A DNA stretch of 64,000 nt from Gemmatimonadales bacterium (lineage in GTDB: Bacteria; Gemmatimonadota; Gemmatimonadetes; Gemmatimonadales; GWC2-71-9): contig JBKJMX010000060.1 in the NCBI GenBank assembly GCA_046596135.1, positions 2,061 to 66,060 on the forward strand, given 5' to 3'. The position numbers were made by a program, and so were the translations under genes. Under the pieces are notes generated by a model. That model had not been told where the DNA came from, did not search any database, and saw only the letters and a list, made by a program, of their open reading frames with translations. Positions 6,525-15,816 of the stretch are shown in pieces (the stretch's first letter is position 1; every line of letters starts with the position of its first letter).

Positions 6525-8099
6525 ATGAAACCTGGTATCGTCTCGCGAGCACTGTGCTGGAGCGGTCTGCTCACGGTGGTCGCCGGTCCCGTCGCGGCGC
6601 AGCTTCCCTCGCTCAACGCCCCGGCCGGCGCACTCCGCATCGAGCTCCGCGGCGCCTTCCATCCCACGACAGAGGTCTGGCGCGATGGCGTGCGCCAGCC
6701 GCTCGGCACGCTGATCACGCCGGGAGCCGCGCTCGACGCAGGCGCCACACCGCTCGTGGCCGAAGTCGACGCCCGACTCAGCGCGATTCTGGGCGCCGCC
6801 GCCCCGTTGAACAACCTGGGCCGGGTATCTCCGATCGCCGAGTGGCAGCGAGGCGTGGGCACGATCGGCCTCGCGTACGGGATAACCCGCCGGGTCACGG
6901 TGTACGGCAATGTCCCTATCGTCTCGGTACGCACCCAAGTCGACCTGGGGGTTGACTCAACTGGCGGTACCCTCGGGTTCAACCCGTCAGACCCCATTCT
7001 CGGAACAACCGCCGGAGCCAATCAGACTGCCACGTTTTTCGCAGAGTTCGACCAGGCACTGTCGGAACTCTCGACCCGCCTGAGCCGGGGCGACTATGCC
7101 GCAGACCCCGCCCGTGAGGCGCGGGCCCGAGCACTCCTTGGGTCCGGACCAGGCTTTCGCGCGATGCTGTTCGAGCTGCTAGCCGACCCCCAACTCTCCA
7201 GCCCTGTCCTGCCCACCACCGGGAGTGCCTCGGGCACCGCGCTGTTGGGACGGGTGGCGGCGGTCCGGGACGCGTTCGGCGACGATTTCGGCATCGGATT
7301 CAGCAGCGATCCGGCGCTCCCGACCGGCCCGGTCACGCCGGCGGAGTTCGATGCCCTGCTGGACGCCGGCACCGCGTTCGTGTACAGCCCCCGCAATGGC
7401 GCGCCGCGGGTGGCACTTGGGGATGTCGAGGGTGGAGTGATCGTGCAGGCGTTCCACCGCGAGGGAGAGGGCTCGAGGTCTGCGGCGTGGCTTCGAGGCG
7501 GCGTCAGATTTCCGACCGGCCAATCTCCTGCTGTGGGCGCGCTCCTCGACCAGGGAACGGGGGACCGACAGACGGATGTCGAGGTGGGAGCAACGGTCGA
7601 AGTGCTGCGCGGTCGCTTCGGAGTGAGGGCCGAGGGCAACTACACCCGGCAGCTTGCGGGTGACATCGAGGCACGGGTGGGTTCGCCACTTCAGGCACTC
7701 CTCCCCGCCCGCTTCCGGGCTGCGGTGTCCCGCGATCCCGGCGACATCGTCACGCTCGCCGCCCAGCCATTCTTCCGCATGGCCACGAACCTCGCGATCG
7801 CCGGTCTGGTTCAACATGAGCGACGTGGCGCGGACACCTTCCAATACGTCGACGGCCAGGCCCCGATCACCGGTGCCGATATTGCGGACCTCAGCATCGG
7901 GACGCGTTCCACGGTCACGCGGATCGGGCTCGGTCTCAGTTATTCGCATGACGGGCGAGCGCGCGAGGGGGTGCTGCGGATGCCTGTGGAGGCGAGCTTT
8001 TCGGTGGAGCGGACGGTGGCCAGTTCGAGTGGCGTTGTAGCTTCCCCGCTGACGTCGCGGGTACAGTTCCGGATCTACAAGGCGATTGCGCGGCGGTAG
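6525..8099 (+). CDS. secreted protein, probable outer-membrane beta-barrel (family unknown)
   Basis: Track ORF trimmed to the ATG at 6525: MKPGIVSRALCWSGLLTVVAGPVAAQ (signal peptide). The rest is rich in G/A/T/R with alternating beta-like segments (VEVGATVEVLRGRFGVRAEGNYT, TRIGLGLSYSH). No family recognised. Confidence 0.65.
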   Translation: MKPGIVSRALCWSGLLTVVAGPVAAQLPSLNAPAGALRIELRGAFHPTTEVWRDGVRQPLGTLITPGAALDAGATPLVAEVDARLSAILGAAAPLNNLGRVSPIAEWQRGVGTIGLAYGITRRVTVYGNVPIVSVRTQVDLGVDSTGGTLGFNPSDPILGTTAGANQTATFFAEFDQALSELSTRLSRGDYAADPAREARARALLGSGPGFRAMLFELLADPQLSSPVLPTTGSASGTALLGRVAAVRDAFGDDFGIGFSSDPALPTGPVTPAEFDALLDAGTAFVYSPRNGAPRVALGDVEGGVIVQAFHREGEGSRSAAWLRGGVRFPTGQSPAVGALLDQGTGDRQTDVEVGATVEVLRGRFGVRAEGNYTRQLAGDIEARVGSPLQALLPARFRAAVSRDPGDIVTLAAQPFFRMATNLAIAGLVQHERRGADTFQYVDGQAPITGADIADLSIGTRSTVTRIGLGLSYSHDGRAREGVLRMPVEASFSVERTVASSSGVVASPLTSRVQFRIYKAIARR

Positions 8100-8105
8100 G
8101 ACCGG

Positions 8106-9758
8106 CTAGCGCGCGGCGAGCAGCGACCCGGCAAGCTTTCGAGCAGCTGCATCGTCGGCGTCGCCGAGCATGCGCGCGAGCTCGATGATCCGGTCCTCAC
8201 CATGCAGCACCGCCACATCGGTGGTGGCCACGCCACCACGATTGGCCTTCGCGATCTGGAGATGGCGATCGGCGCGGGCCGCGATCTGCGGCAGGTGGGT
8301 GATCACCAGCACCTGATGCTGCGCCGCCACGCCGGCGAGTGCCACCCCGACCTGCATCCCGATCTCTCCGCCAATTCCCTGATCGACTTCGTCGAATACC
8401 AGCGTCGGCACCTGGTCGTGCCGAGCGAGCACCAGCTTGAGCGCCAGCATCAACCGCGACAACTCACCACCAGATGCGGTGCGCGCGAGCGGGCGCATCT
8501 CCATGCCGCGATTGAGGCGAACCTCGAACACCACCGACTCACCGCCATCGGGGCCCGGTTCGTCGAGCGCGTCGAGGCGTACCGTGAACTCCCCATTGGA
8601 CAGGCCCAGCGACGGCAGGTGTCGGGTGACGGCGCGCGCCAGCCGGGTGGCGGCGCTGTACCGTCGCTCGCCCAGCGCCGTCGCGAGACGACCCAATTCG
8701 TCCGTGGCACTGTCGATCCGGCGATCCAGCACCTGCAAGTCGAGCACCGATGAGTCGATCAGGTCGAGTTCGGCCGCAGCGAGGTCTCGCGTGGCGAGCA
8801 CATCGGCGAGCGTGTCGCCGTGCTTGCGCCGAAGGGTGGCAAGGAGGTCGAGTCGCCGCTCGATATTCGTCAAGCGCTCCGGGTCATCGCGCAGGTCGCG
8901 AGCATAGTCGGCGGCGAGTCGGGCCAGTTCGTCAAGTTGTGCGTACGCGCCGTCGAGCAGGCTTCGCCACTCCGAAGCCGCTGGGTCGAGCCGCTCAAGG
9001 GCATTGAATGCCCGCTCCGCGCGGGCCAACGCGAGCCGCGTGGACCCTTCGTCGCCGTCGAGCGCCTCGACAATGCCGTTGGCGTGATCGGACAGTGTGG
9101 TCGCGTGAGCGAGGCGGGTGGCCTCCTGCTCCAGCTCGCCCTCCTCGTCGGGCTTCGGTGCCGCCGCGTGGACTTCCTCAATCACATGCCGAAGCCAATC
9201 GGCGCGACGCGCTGCCTCGTCGCGGCGGCTCCGGAGCGCGTGGTGTTCCGAGCGGAGCTGCTCGCGGTCCTGCCACGCATTTCGCACCGCCATGGCGTCG
9301 ACGGAGGCGTTGCCGTGCGCATCAAGGAGTGCGCGCTGGGTCGCGGCGTCGAGCAGCTGCAGGGTCTGGTGCTGGCCGTGCAGGTCGCAGAGCGATTCGC
9401 CGATGGTGGCGAGCACGCCAATCGTCGTCGGGGAGCCGTTGACCCACGCCCTCGACGGACCGGACCGGCTCACCTCGCGACGAATCACGAGTGCATCCTG
9501 CACGTCGAGTCCGGCGGCTTCAACACGACCATTCACCGTCGGGCCGACGTCATCGAAGACCCCCTCGATCACCGCGCGTGCGGCACCGGGCCGCACCACG
9601 GCGCGGTCGGCACGATCACCCAGCAACAGCGCGAGGGAGTCGACGAGCATCGACTTCCCCGCCCCGGTTTCACCGGTCAGGACATTGAGCCCCGGTCCGA
9701 GTTCCAGGGTCACGTCGGCGATCGTCGCCAGGTCGCGAACCCGCAGTGTCGAGAGCAT
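8106..9758 (-). CDS. recN: DNA repair protein RecN
   Basis: MLSTLRVRDLATIADVTLELGPGLNVLTGETGAGKSMLVDSL. The middle is a long coiled coil and the C-terminus carries the SMC-type signature ASGGELSRLMLAL...LVFDEVDQGIGG. Its ATG overlaps the nadK stop (ATGA). Confidence 0.95.
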   Translation of the reverse strand: MLSTLRVRDLATIADVTLELGPGLNVLTGETGAGKSMLVDSLALLLGDRADRAVVRPGAARAVIEGVFDDVGPTVNGRVEAAGLDVQDALVIRREVSRSGPSRAWVNGSPTTIGVLATIGESLCDLHGQHQTLQLLDAATQRALLDAHGNASVDAMAVRNAWQDREQLRSEHHALRSRRDEAARRADWLRHVIEEVHAAAPKPDEEGELEQEATRLAHATTLSDHANGIVEALDGDEGSTRLALARAERAFNALERLDPAASEWRSLLDGAYAQLDELARLAADYARDLRDDPERLTNIERRLDLLATLRRKHGDTLADVLATRDLAAAELDLIDSSVLDLQVLDRRIDSATDELGRLATALGERRYSAATRLARAVTRHLPSLGLSNGEFTVRLDALDEPGPDGGESVVFEVRLNRGMEMRPLARTASGGELSRLMLALKLVLARHDQVPTLVFDEVDQGIGGEIGMQVGVALAGVAAQHQVLVITHLPQIAARADRHLQIAKANRGGVATTDVAVLHGEDRIIELARMLGDADDAAARKLAGSLLAAR

Positions 9759-10552
9759 CAGGCGCCGCGATCGGAGAGGTCGCCCCAGTGCAGCTTGTCC
9801 CGAAGCCGCGGGAAGAAACCGGAGCCCGGGAACCGAACGAGGTGCACCTTGGTGTCCGCCGTGCGAACCTCGAGCGAGCCATCGGCGTCGAGCTCCGCTG
9901 TCTGCTGCCCGTCGACCGAGATCAGCAGCTCGAACGGCGACGGATTGGCGGGCTCGATCCGCACGACCGCATCGCCGCGCACCACGATCGGCCGCACGCC
10001 CAAGGAGTGCGCGCAGATCGGCGTCACGATGATGGCGTCGAGTGTCGGTACGACCACCGGCCCCCCGGCACTGAGTGAGTACGCGGTCGATCCGGTGGGT
10101 GACGCGATCACGAGGCCGTCCGCCGAGATCGGGCCCATGGCATCGCCATCGATGAGCACCTGGAACCGTACCACTCGCGCCACCCCGCCCTTGTGCACCA
10201 CGATGTCGTTGAGGCCGCGTAGTACGGCGCGCCCGGTTCCAGCGGCATCGCGGACAACGGCCCCGAGCGTGCTGCGTTCCGACACCGCAAAGTCACCCGC
10301 CGCGCACGCTTCGAGGGCGACGGCAGCCTGCTCGCGCGGCACGGAAGTGAGGAACCCGACGCGCCCGAAGTTGATGCCGATGATCGGTACGGGCCGCCCT
10401 TCCAACAGGCGGGCGCCCTGCAGCAGCGTGCCGTCACCGCCAAGAGTGATCAGGAAATCGATGGCGTCGGGATCGATCGCGGCGACACTGGTGGCACCGA
10501 GGGGAATGACATCGGCATGCGCGGCGAGCGACCAGCCTCGCTCGGCGGCCAA
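9758..10552 (-). CDS. nadK: NAD kinase
   Basis: Motifs GGDGTLL, IGINFGRVGFLT and SPTGSTAYSLSAGGP. The track start is a TTG at 10552, but the conserved N-terminal LRLGLVGNP segment lies upstream with no ATG/GTG/TTG. The true start may be the CTG at 10621 (see findings). Confidence 0.9.
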   Translation of the reverse strand: MAAERGWSLAAHADVIPLGATSVAAIDPDAIDFLITLGGDGTLLQGARLLEGRPVPIIGINFGRVGFLTSVPREQAAVALEACAAGDFAVSERSTLGAVVRDAAGTGRAVLRGLNDIVVHKGGVARVVRFQVLIDGDAMGPISADGLVIASPTGSTAYSLSAGGPVVVPTLDAIIVTPICAHSLGVRPIVVRGDAVVRIEPANPSPFELLISVDGQQTAELDADGSLEVRTADTKVHLVRFPGSGFFPRLRDKLHWGDLSDRGA

Positions 10553-10631
10553 CCGCGTGATATCGGCGACAACCTCCGCGAGGCCGGCGTATCGCGGATT
10601 GCCAACCAGGCCGAGTCGCAGGGCCGGGGCC

Positions 10632-12521
10632 TCAGCGCACCGGCGCGTTGGTCAGCGCCGTGCGCACCGTGGCCGCGATAGCGGCCGGCGTGAGCCCGAA
10701 ATGGGCCAGCTGGTCGGCGCGCGGCGCCTGCATCACCAGTTCATCGGCGACGCCGCAGGTAATCACCCGCACATGGGGGTGGACCCGCTGCATGTGCGCC
10801 GCCAGCGACGCACCAAACCCGTTCACCACCGTTCCCTCTTCCACCGTGACGATCAGCGAACAGCGCGACGCGATCGCCTCCAGCATCACGTCGTCCAGCG
10901 GCTTGATGAACCGGGCGTTGATGGCGGTGGCATCGAGTCCCTCTGCCGCCAGTTGCTCGGCCGCCGCGAGGGCGACAAGCGCCATGGTGCCCGTGCCGAT
11001 GACCGCCACGTCCCGACCCGGACGTAGCTCCTCCCAGGTTCCGAACGGAACGGCCGGAACGCTCGCGACGGGATTCGGGTCGGACGGCGCCTTGTCACGC
11101 GGGTAACGCACGCAGAAGGGACCGTCGTGGGCGAGTGCGGTACGCAGTAGCCCGACGAGTTCGTCAGCATCCTTTGGAGCGGCGACCACCATCCCCGGGA
11201 TCGCGAGCATGTAGGCGATGTCGTACAGCCCCATATGAGTCTGGCCGTCCTCACCGACAAGCCCGGCACGGTCCATGGCGAACACCACGGGAAGGTGCTG
11301 CACCGCCACGTCGTGGATGATGTTGTCGTAGCCCCGCTGCAGAAACGTCGAGTAGATCGCCACCACCGGCCGCATCCCCTGCGTCGCCAGGCCGGCGGCG
11401 AAGGTGACGCCGTGTCCCTCGGCGATGCCGACATCGAAGAACCGCGTGGGATGCGCCTTCTGGAAGATGCTCGCACCGGTCCCCGCAGGCATCGCTGCAG
11501 TGATCAGCGCGACGTCGGGATGCTCGTCGCCGAGCGCCACCATCGTGTCGCCGAACACCTGCGTCCACGTCGGCGGTCCACTCGCCTTCTTGCGCGCCTC
11601 GCCGGTGACGCGGTCGTAGGCAGCGAGACCGTGCCATTTCTCGCGATTCGCCTCGGCGAACGAGAAACCCTTCCCCTTCGTCGTGAGGACGTGGACCACC
11701 CGGGGACCATCCATGTCGCGCACGAACGCGAGCGTCTCGCGCAACTTCTCCAGGTCGTGCCCGTCGATCGGCCCGAAATACCGGAAGCCGAGCTCCTCGA
11801 AGAGCATGCCTTCGGAGAAGAGATTCTTGACCGATTCCTCGACGTTGCGGGCGAGACTCACCACACCGTCGCCCAGCACGTCGCCGATCTTCAGCGTCAC
11901 CTTCTTGATGGCCTCGCGAACCCGGTTGGTGCGTGGATTGGCCACGATGCCGCCGAGCAGCTTGGAGATCGCGCCGACATTGGGCGAGATGCTCATGCCG
12001 TTGTCGTTGACGATCAGGATGATGTCGCGGGTGGAGTGACCAGCATTGTTCAGCGCCTCGTACACCAGGCCGCAGGTCAGCGCGCCGTCTCCCACCACGG
12101 CAATGACCTTGTTCTTGCCACCCTGGAGGTCGCGCGCGGTGGCCATGCCGACTGCGGCCGACAGCGCGGTGCCGGCGTGCCCCGCTCCGAACTGGTCGTG
12201 AGGGCTCTCGTCCCGCTTCAGGAAGCCGGAGAGGCCGCCGGTGGTGCGCAGCGTCGGGAAGCGATCGTTGCGCCCGGTCAGCAGCTTCCACGCATACGCC
12301 TGATGGCCGACGTCCCAGACGACCTTGTCGGTCGGCGAATCGAACTCGCGCAGCAGGGCAATCGTGAGCTCCACGACGCCCAGCGACGCGCCAATGTGAC
12401 CACCCGTCACCGAGCAGCATTCGATCAGTCGATCGCGCACTTCCTGGGCAAGTGCGACCAGTTCGCCCTGCGTGAGCGACTTGAGGTCGTCCGGACCGCG
12501 GATCGTGGCGAGCAGCGACAT
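10632..12521 (-). CDS. dxs: 1-deoxy-D-xylulose-5-phosphate synthase
   Basis: 629 aa with GGHIGASLGVVELTIAL and DVGHQAYAWKLLTGR, plus transketolase-like TPP-binding and pyrimidine-binding modules. Confidence 0.96.
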   Translation of the reverse strand: MSLLATIRGPDDLKSLTQGELVALAQEVRDRLIECCSVTGGHIGASLGVVELTIALLREFDSPTDKVVWDVGHQAYAWKLLTGRNDRFPTLRTTGGLSGFLKRDESPHDQFGAGHAGTALSAAVGMATARDLQGGKNKVIAVVGDGALTCGLVYEALNNAGHSTRDIILIVNDNGMSISPNVGAISKLLGGIVANPRTNRVREAIKKVTLKIGDVLGDGVVSLARNVEESVKNLFSEGMLFEELGFRYFGPIDGHDLEKLRETLAFVRDMDGPRVVHVLTTKGKGFSFAEANREKWHGLAAYDRVTGEARKKASGPPTWTQVFGDTMVALGDEHPDVALITAAMPAGTGASIFQKAHPTRFFDVGIAEGHGVTFAAGLATQGMRPVVAIYSTFLQRGYDNIIHDVAVQHLPVVFAMDRAGLVGEDGQTHMGLYDIAYMLAIPGMVVAAPKDADELVGLLRTALAHDGPFCVRYPRDKAPSDPNPVASVPAVPFGTWEELRPGRDVAVIGTGTMALVALAAAEQLAAEGLDATAINARFIKPLDDVMLEAIASRCSLIVTVEEGTVVNGFGASLAAHMQRVHPHVRVITCGVADELVMQAPRADQLAHFGLTPAAIAATVRTALTNAPVR

Positions 12522-12543
12522 TGCATCTCCCGATTGGGTGGCG

Positions 12544-13446
12544 TCAGGACCGTCTCTTCACAATATACCGAGCCAGATCGGCGAGCGGCTGGGCGGCGCC
12601 CCCCAGGGGGGCCAGTGCCATCACGGCGAGGTCGTGGTGGCGGAGTGCCTCCTGCCGCGCACCATCGACCCCCAGCAGCGAAACGTAGGTCGACTTGTCG
12701 AGCACTGCATCGAGTCCCGCCGTCTTCCCGAGGACCTCCGAGGTCGAGGTGGCATCGAGCACATCATCGGCGACCTGAAACGCGATGCCGATCTCGCGCC
12801 CGAAGGTCGAGAGCGCGTCCAGGGTGGCGTGATTCGCACCGGCGGCGATGCCGCCGAGCATCACCGACGCGCGGATCAGCGCTCCCGTCTTGCCAGCATG
12901 CACTCGCGTCAGCTGGTCGAGATCGAGCGCGGTGGCCTCGGCCTCGAGGTCCAGCCATTGACCGCCCACCATCCCCCGGATCCCGCCGGCCTCGAACAGT
13001 TCCTCGGCGAGCCGTCCGCACGTGGCTGCGCCGAGGCCGAGGGAGTGCGCCGATGTCGCCAGTACCTCTGCCGCCACCGGGACCAGCAGGAAGCCAACCC
13101 GGGTGGCGGTGGGCACGTCGAACTGACGGTGCGTAGTTTGCCGTCCTCGCCGAAGGTGATCGTTGTCCATGCACGGGAGATCGTCGTGCACGAGTGAGTA
13201 GGTATGCACGATTTCGACGGCGGTGGCGATCCCCGCGATGTCCGATGAGGTGCCGCCAGCCACCTGGTAGGCACCGAGCACCAGCGCCGGCCGTACCCGC
13301 TTGCCCGGACCGATCAACGCGTACGCCAATGCCTCGGCGAGCGGCGATGCGACCTCGCGCTGCATCCGCTCGGCGCAGGCGGAGAGCTCTCCCTCGACCA
13401 TCTGCCGCGCCGCGTCGAGCAGCGCAGGTCCCGCGGCATCATTCAT
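12544..13446 (-). CDS. ispA: polyprenyl (farnesyl/geranylgeranyl) diphosphate synthase
   Basis: First and second Asp-rich motifs are present (LVHDDLPCMDNDHLRRG and FQVADDVLD). It sits in the xseB-ispA-dxs position. Confidence 0.9.
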   Translation of the reverse strand: MNDAAGPALLDAARQMVEGELSACAERMQREVASPLAEALAYALIGPGKRVRPALVLGAYQVAGGTSSDIAGIATAVEIVHTYSLVHDDLPCMDNDHLRRGRQTTHRQFDVPTATRVGFLLVPVAAEVLATSAHSLGLGAATCGRLAEELFEAGGIRGMVGGQWLDLEAEATALDLDQLTRVHAGKTGALIRASVMLGGIAAGANHATLDALSTFGREIGIAFQVADDVLDATSTSEVLGKTAGLDAVLDKSTYVSLLGVDGARQEALRHHDLAVMALAPLGGAAQPLADLARYIVKRRS

Positions 13447-13669
13447 CCAGTGGCGCGAGACGGATCGTGCCGCCTTCGCTTGAGTCCTTCAGCACTTGGG
13501 TCACGCGGGTTTCGGCGTCGGCGAGGCGTGCCTGCGCCGACCGAAGCCGGGTCACCCCTTCTTCGAAGAGCTCGAGTGCCGATTCTAGACCGAGGTCCTC
13601 GTCCTCGAGCCGACGAACAATGTCTTCGAGTCGCTTGAGATCGTCGCCGAGCGTGGGGGAGTCAGACAT
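13439..13669 (-). CDS. xseB: exodeoxyribonuclease VII small subunit
   Basis: 76 aa, LKRLEDIVRRLEDEDLGLESALELFEEGVTRLR. It overlaps both xseA and ispA by 8 nt. Confidence 0.9.
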   Translation of the reverse strand: MSDSPTLGDDLKRLEDIVRRLEDEDLGLESALELFEEGVTRLRSAQARLADAETRVTQVLKDSSEGGTIRLAPLDE

Positions 13670-14936
13670 GGGGATCCTCGGTCCGTGCCGCGACGGTCCC
13701 GTCGGACACGGTCAATGTGAAGGGAATGCCGGGCGAAAACTGATCAGTGCGCCGGAGGACGCGACCATCGGGGTCGCGCGCAACGGCGTAACCGCGTCCG
13801 AGCACGGCGAGTGGCGAGAGCGCATCGAGACTCGCGGCATGCGTCCGGCATCCGGCGTCGAACAACGCCAGCCGCCGACGCATTGCAGGGGCGAGACGTG
13901 ATTCGATCCGGGCAAGCCTCTCGCGTGGGCGCACCACTCGACGCGCGAGCGCCGGCACAAGTTTTCCGCCGGCCGCGAGCAGTCGGCGCTCGGCACGACG
14001 CACCCGCTCGACCAGTGCCGACGCCATGCGATCGCGGGTTCGCTCAACGCGTTCGCTGCGGGCGCGAAGCAGTGCGGCGGTCACGCTGACGAGTCGGCGA
14101 CGGGCGCGATCGAGACGCACTTCGACGTCGCGCCGATCCGGCAACGCAAACTCTGCTGCCTGTGATGGTGTTGCCGCACGAAGGTCCGCGACAAGGTCGG
14201 CCAGGGTCACGTCGACCTCGTGTCCGACCGCGGAGATCACCGGGATTCCGCACGCCGCAATCGCCCGGCAGACCATCTCGTCGTTGAACGCGATCAGGTC
14301 CTCCTTGCTGCCGCCGCCGCGACCGATGATGCAGCAATCGATGGCGTCGAGGTGGCAGAGCAGGTCGAGCGCCGCGACCAGTTCGGCCGCTGCGGTAGTG
14401 CCCTGCACCGCGCTATTGATGACGAACAGTTCCACGCCTGGCCAACGCCGAGCCGCCACCGTGATGATGTCCCGGACGGCAGCGCCAGCCACTGACGTGA
14501 TCACCGCGATGCGGGTCGCATACTCCGGTACCGGCCGCTTGCGGGCCGGGTCGAGCAGCCCGTCGCGGAGCAGGAGTTGCTTGACGCGTTCCGCCTCCTG
14601 GGCAGCGGGACCGACGGCCGATGCGGGCAGTACCTGCGTGACGTTGAACCGCAGTGCGGTCCGTTCCTCCCACACGCTCGCCTGTCCGAGCGCGTAGACG
14701 ACCGACCCTTCCTCAAGCGGTGCTTTCAGCCGCGCGACCGAGCTCCTCCAGATCGTGCAGTCGACACGCGCGAGGTCGTCGCGGAGGGAGAAGTAGCAGT
14801 GCCCGCTCGCGTACCGCTTGACGCCCGCGATCTCGCCCCGTACCCAGATCGGCGCGCCATCGTCCTCCACGCGCCGCTTGAGCGTGCGCGCCAGGAGGGA
14901 TACCGTCCACGCCGCATCGAGTTCAGGCGTCGGCAT
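13662..14936 (-). CDS. xseA: exodeoxyribonuclease VII large subunit
   Basis: 424 aa with an N-terminal OB fold (IWVRGEIAGVKRYASGHCYFSLRD) and the catalytic region IIGRGGGSKEDL. Confidence 0.93.
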   Translation of the reverse strand: MPTPELDAAWTVSLLARTLKRRVEDDGAPIWVRGEIAGVKRYASGHCYFSLRDDLARVDCTIWRSSVARLKAPLEEGSVVYALGQASVWEERTALRFNVTQVLPASAVGPAAQEAERVKQLLLRDGLLDPARKRPVPEYATRIAVITSVAGAAVRDIITVAARRWPGVELFVINSAVQGTTAAAELVAALDLLCHLDAIDCCIIGRGGGSKEDLIAFNDEMVCRAIAACGIPVISAVGHEVDVTLADLVADLRAATPSQAAEFALPDRRDVEVRLDRARRRLVSVTAALLRARSERVERTRDRMASALVERVRRAERRLLAAGGKLVPALARRVVRPRERLARIESRLAPAMRRRLALFDAGCRTHAASLDALSPLAVLGRGYAVARDPDGRVLRRTDQFSPGIPFTLTVSDGTVAARTEDPHV

Positions 14937-15816
14937 TTGCCCTGGCCGTGGCTGCGTGCACCGTGTTCACGAGGAGCATGGCGATCGTCATCGGACCCAC
15001 CCCGCCGGGTACCGGGGTGATCGCGCCGGCCACGGCGCTCACGGCGTCGAAGTCGACGTCTCCGGAAAGCCGGTAGCCGCGGGGGAGCGTTGCGTCGTCG
15101 ACGCGATTCATGCCGACGTCGATCACCGTCGCGCCCGGCTGGACCGCGTCGACGCCGATGAATGCCGCGCGCCCGATCCCGACAACGAGGATGTCGGCGG
15201 TGCGGCAGAGCGCCGGCAGGTTGCGGGTGCGGGAGTGTGCCAGCGTTGTTGTGGCATTGCCGCCCGGCGTGTCGAGCGACAGCAGGTTTGCGAGCGGCTT
15301 CCCGACGATATTGGATCGGCCAACGATCACGGCGTGCGCGCCCTCAGTGGGAATCCCTGCCCTGACCAGCAACTCCTGAACACCGTAGGGCGTGGCAGGG
15401 CGGAAACCGGTTGGATCACCAAGGGCGGTCTTGCCGACGTTAACCGGATGGAAGCCATCGACATCCTTGTCCGGATTGATCCGGCGGATCACGCGCTCGG
15501 CGCTCACATGAGGCGGAACCGGAAGCTGGCAGAGGATACCGTGGATGCGTGGGTCGGCATTGAGTCGGTCGATCATCGCCAGGACGTCCGCCTCGGACGT
15601 TGTCGCGGGCAGGGTGACGGTTTCCGAATGCATGCCCGCCTCGAGGCACGCCCGTCCCTTCGACCGCACGTACACCTGCGATGCGGGGTCATCGCCAACG
15701 AGCACCACGGCAAGCCCCGGTACGACGCCGCGGCCGGCGAGCGCCGTCACGTGATCGCGTACCTCGCCCCGGATCGTGGCCGCGATCGCCACACCATCGA
15801 GTATTCGTGCGGTCAC
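14923..15816 (-). CDS. folD: bifunctional methylenetetrahydrofolate dehydrogenase/cyclohydrolase
   Basis: Track ORF trimmed to the GTG at 15816 (VTARILDGVAIAATIRGEV...), which overlaps the rny stop (GTGA). Motifs: LAVVLVGDDPASQVYV, VIVGRSNIVGKPLA, PVPGGVGPMT. Confidence 0.92.
   Translation of the reverse strand: MTARILDGVAIAATIRGEVRDHVTALAGRGVVPGLAVVLVGDDPASQVYVRSKGRACLEAGMHSETVTLPATTSEADVLAMIDRLNADPRIHGILCQLPVPPHVSAERVIRRINPDKDVDGFHPVNVGKTALGDPTGFRPATPYGVQELLVRAGIPTEGAHAVIVGRSNIVGKPLANLLSLDTPGGNATTTLAHSRTRNLPALCRTADILVVGIGRAAFIGVDAVQPGATVIDVGMNRVDDATLPRGYRLSGDVDFDAVSAVAGAITPVPGGVGPMTIAMLLVNTVHAATARANADA

Noticed and set aside
5902-6530. tRNA-Leu as an integration site for a genomic island or mobile element.
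   Set aside because: There is no integrase, excisionase or transposase nearby. I did not notice a direct repeat of the tRNA 3' end, and the flanking genes look like ordinary chromosomal genes. Only the pilin-cassette idea is kept as a finding.
8820-11027. Very long plus-strand ORF (735 aa) antisense to recN/nadK/dxs. Similar antisense ORFs occur at 22969..25245, 30805..32550, 32381..34096, 46914..48203, 48269..49582 and 53605..54987.
   Set aside because: Each lies opposite a gene with unmistakable family motifs. Their translations are Arg/Pro/Gly/His-rich low-complexity strings with no recognisable domains. This is the expected stop-codon-poor shadow frame of GC-rich DNA.
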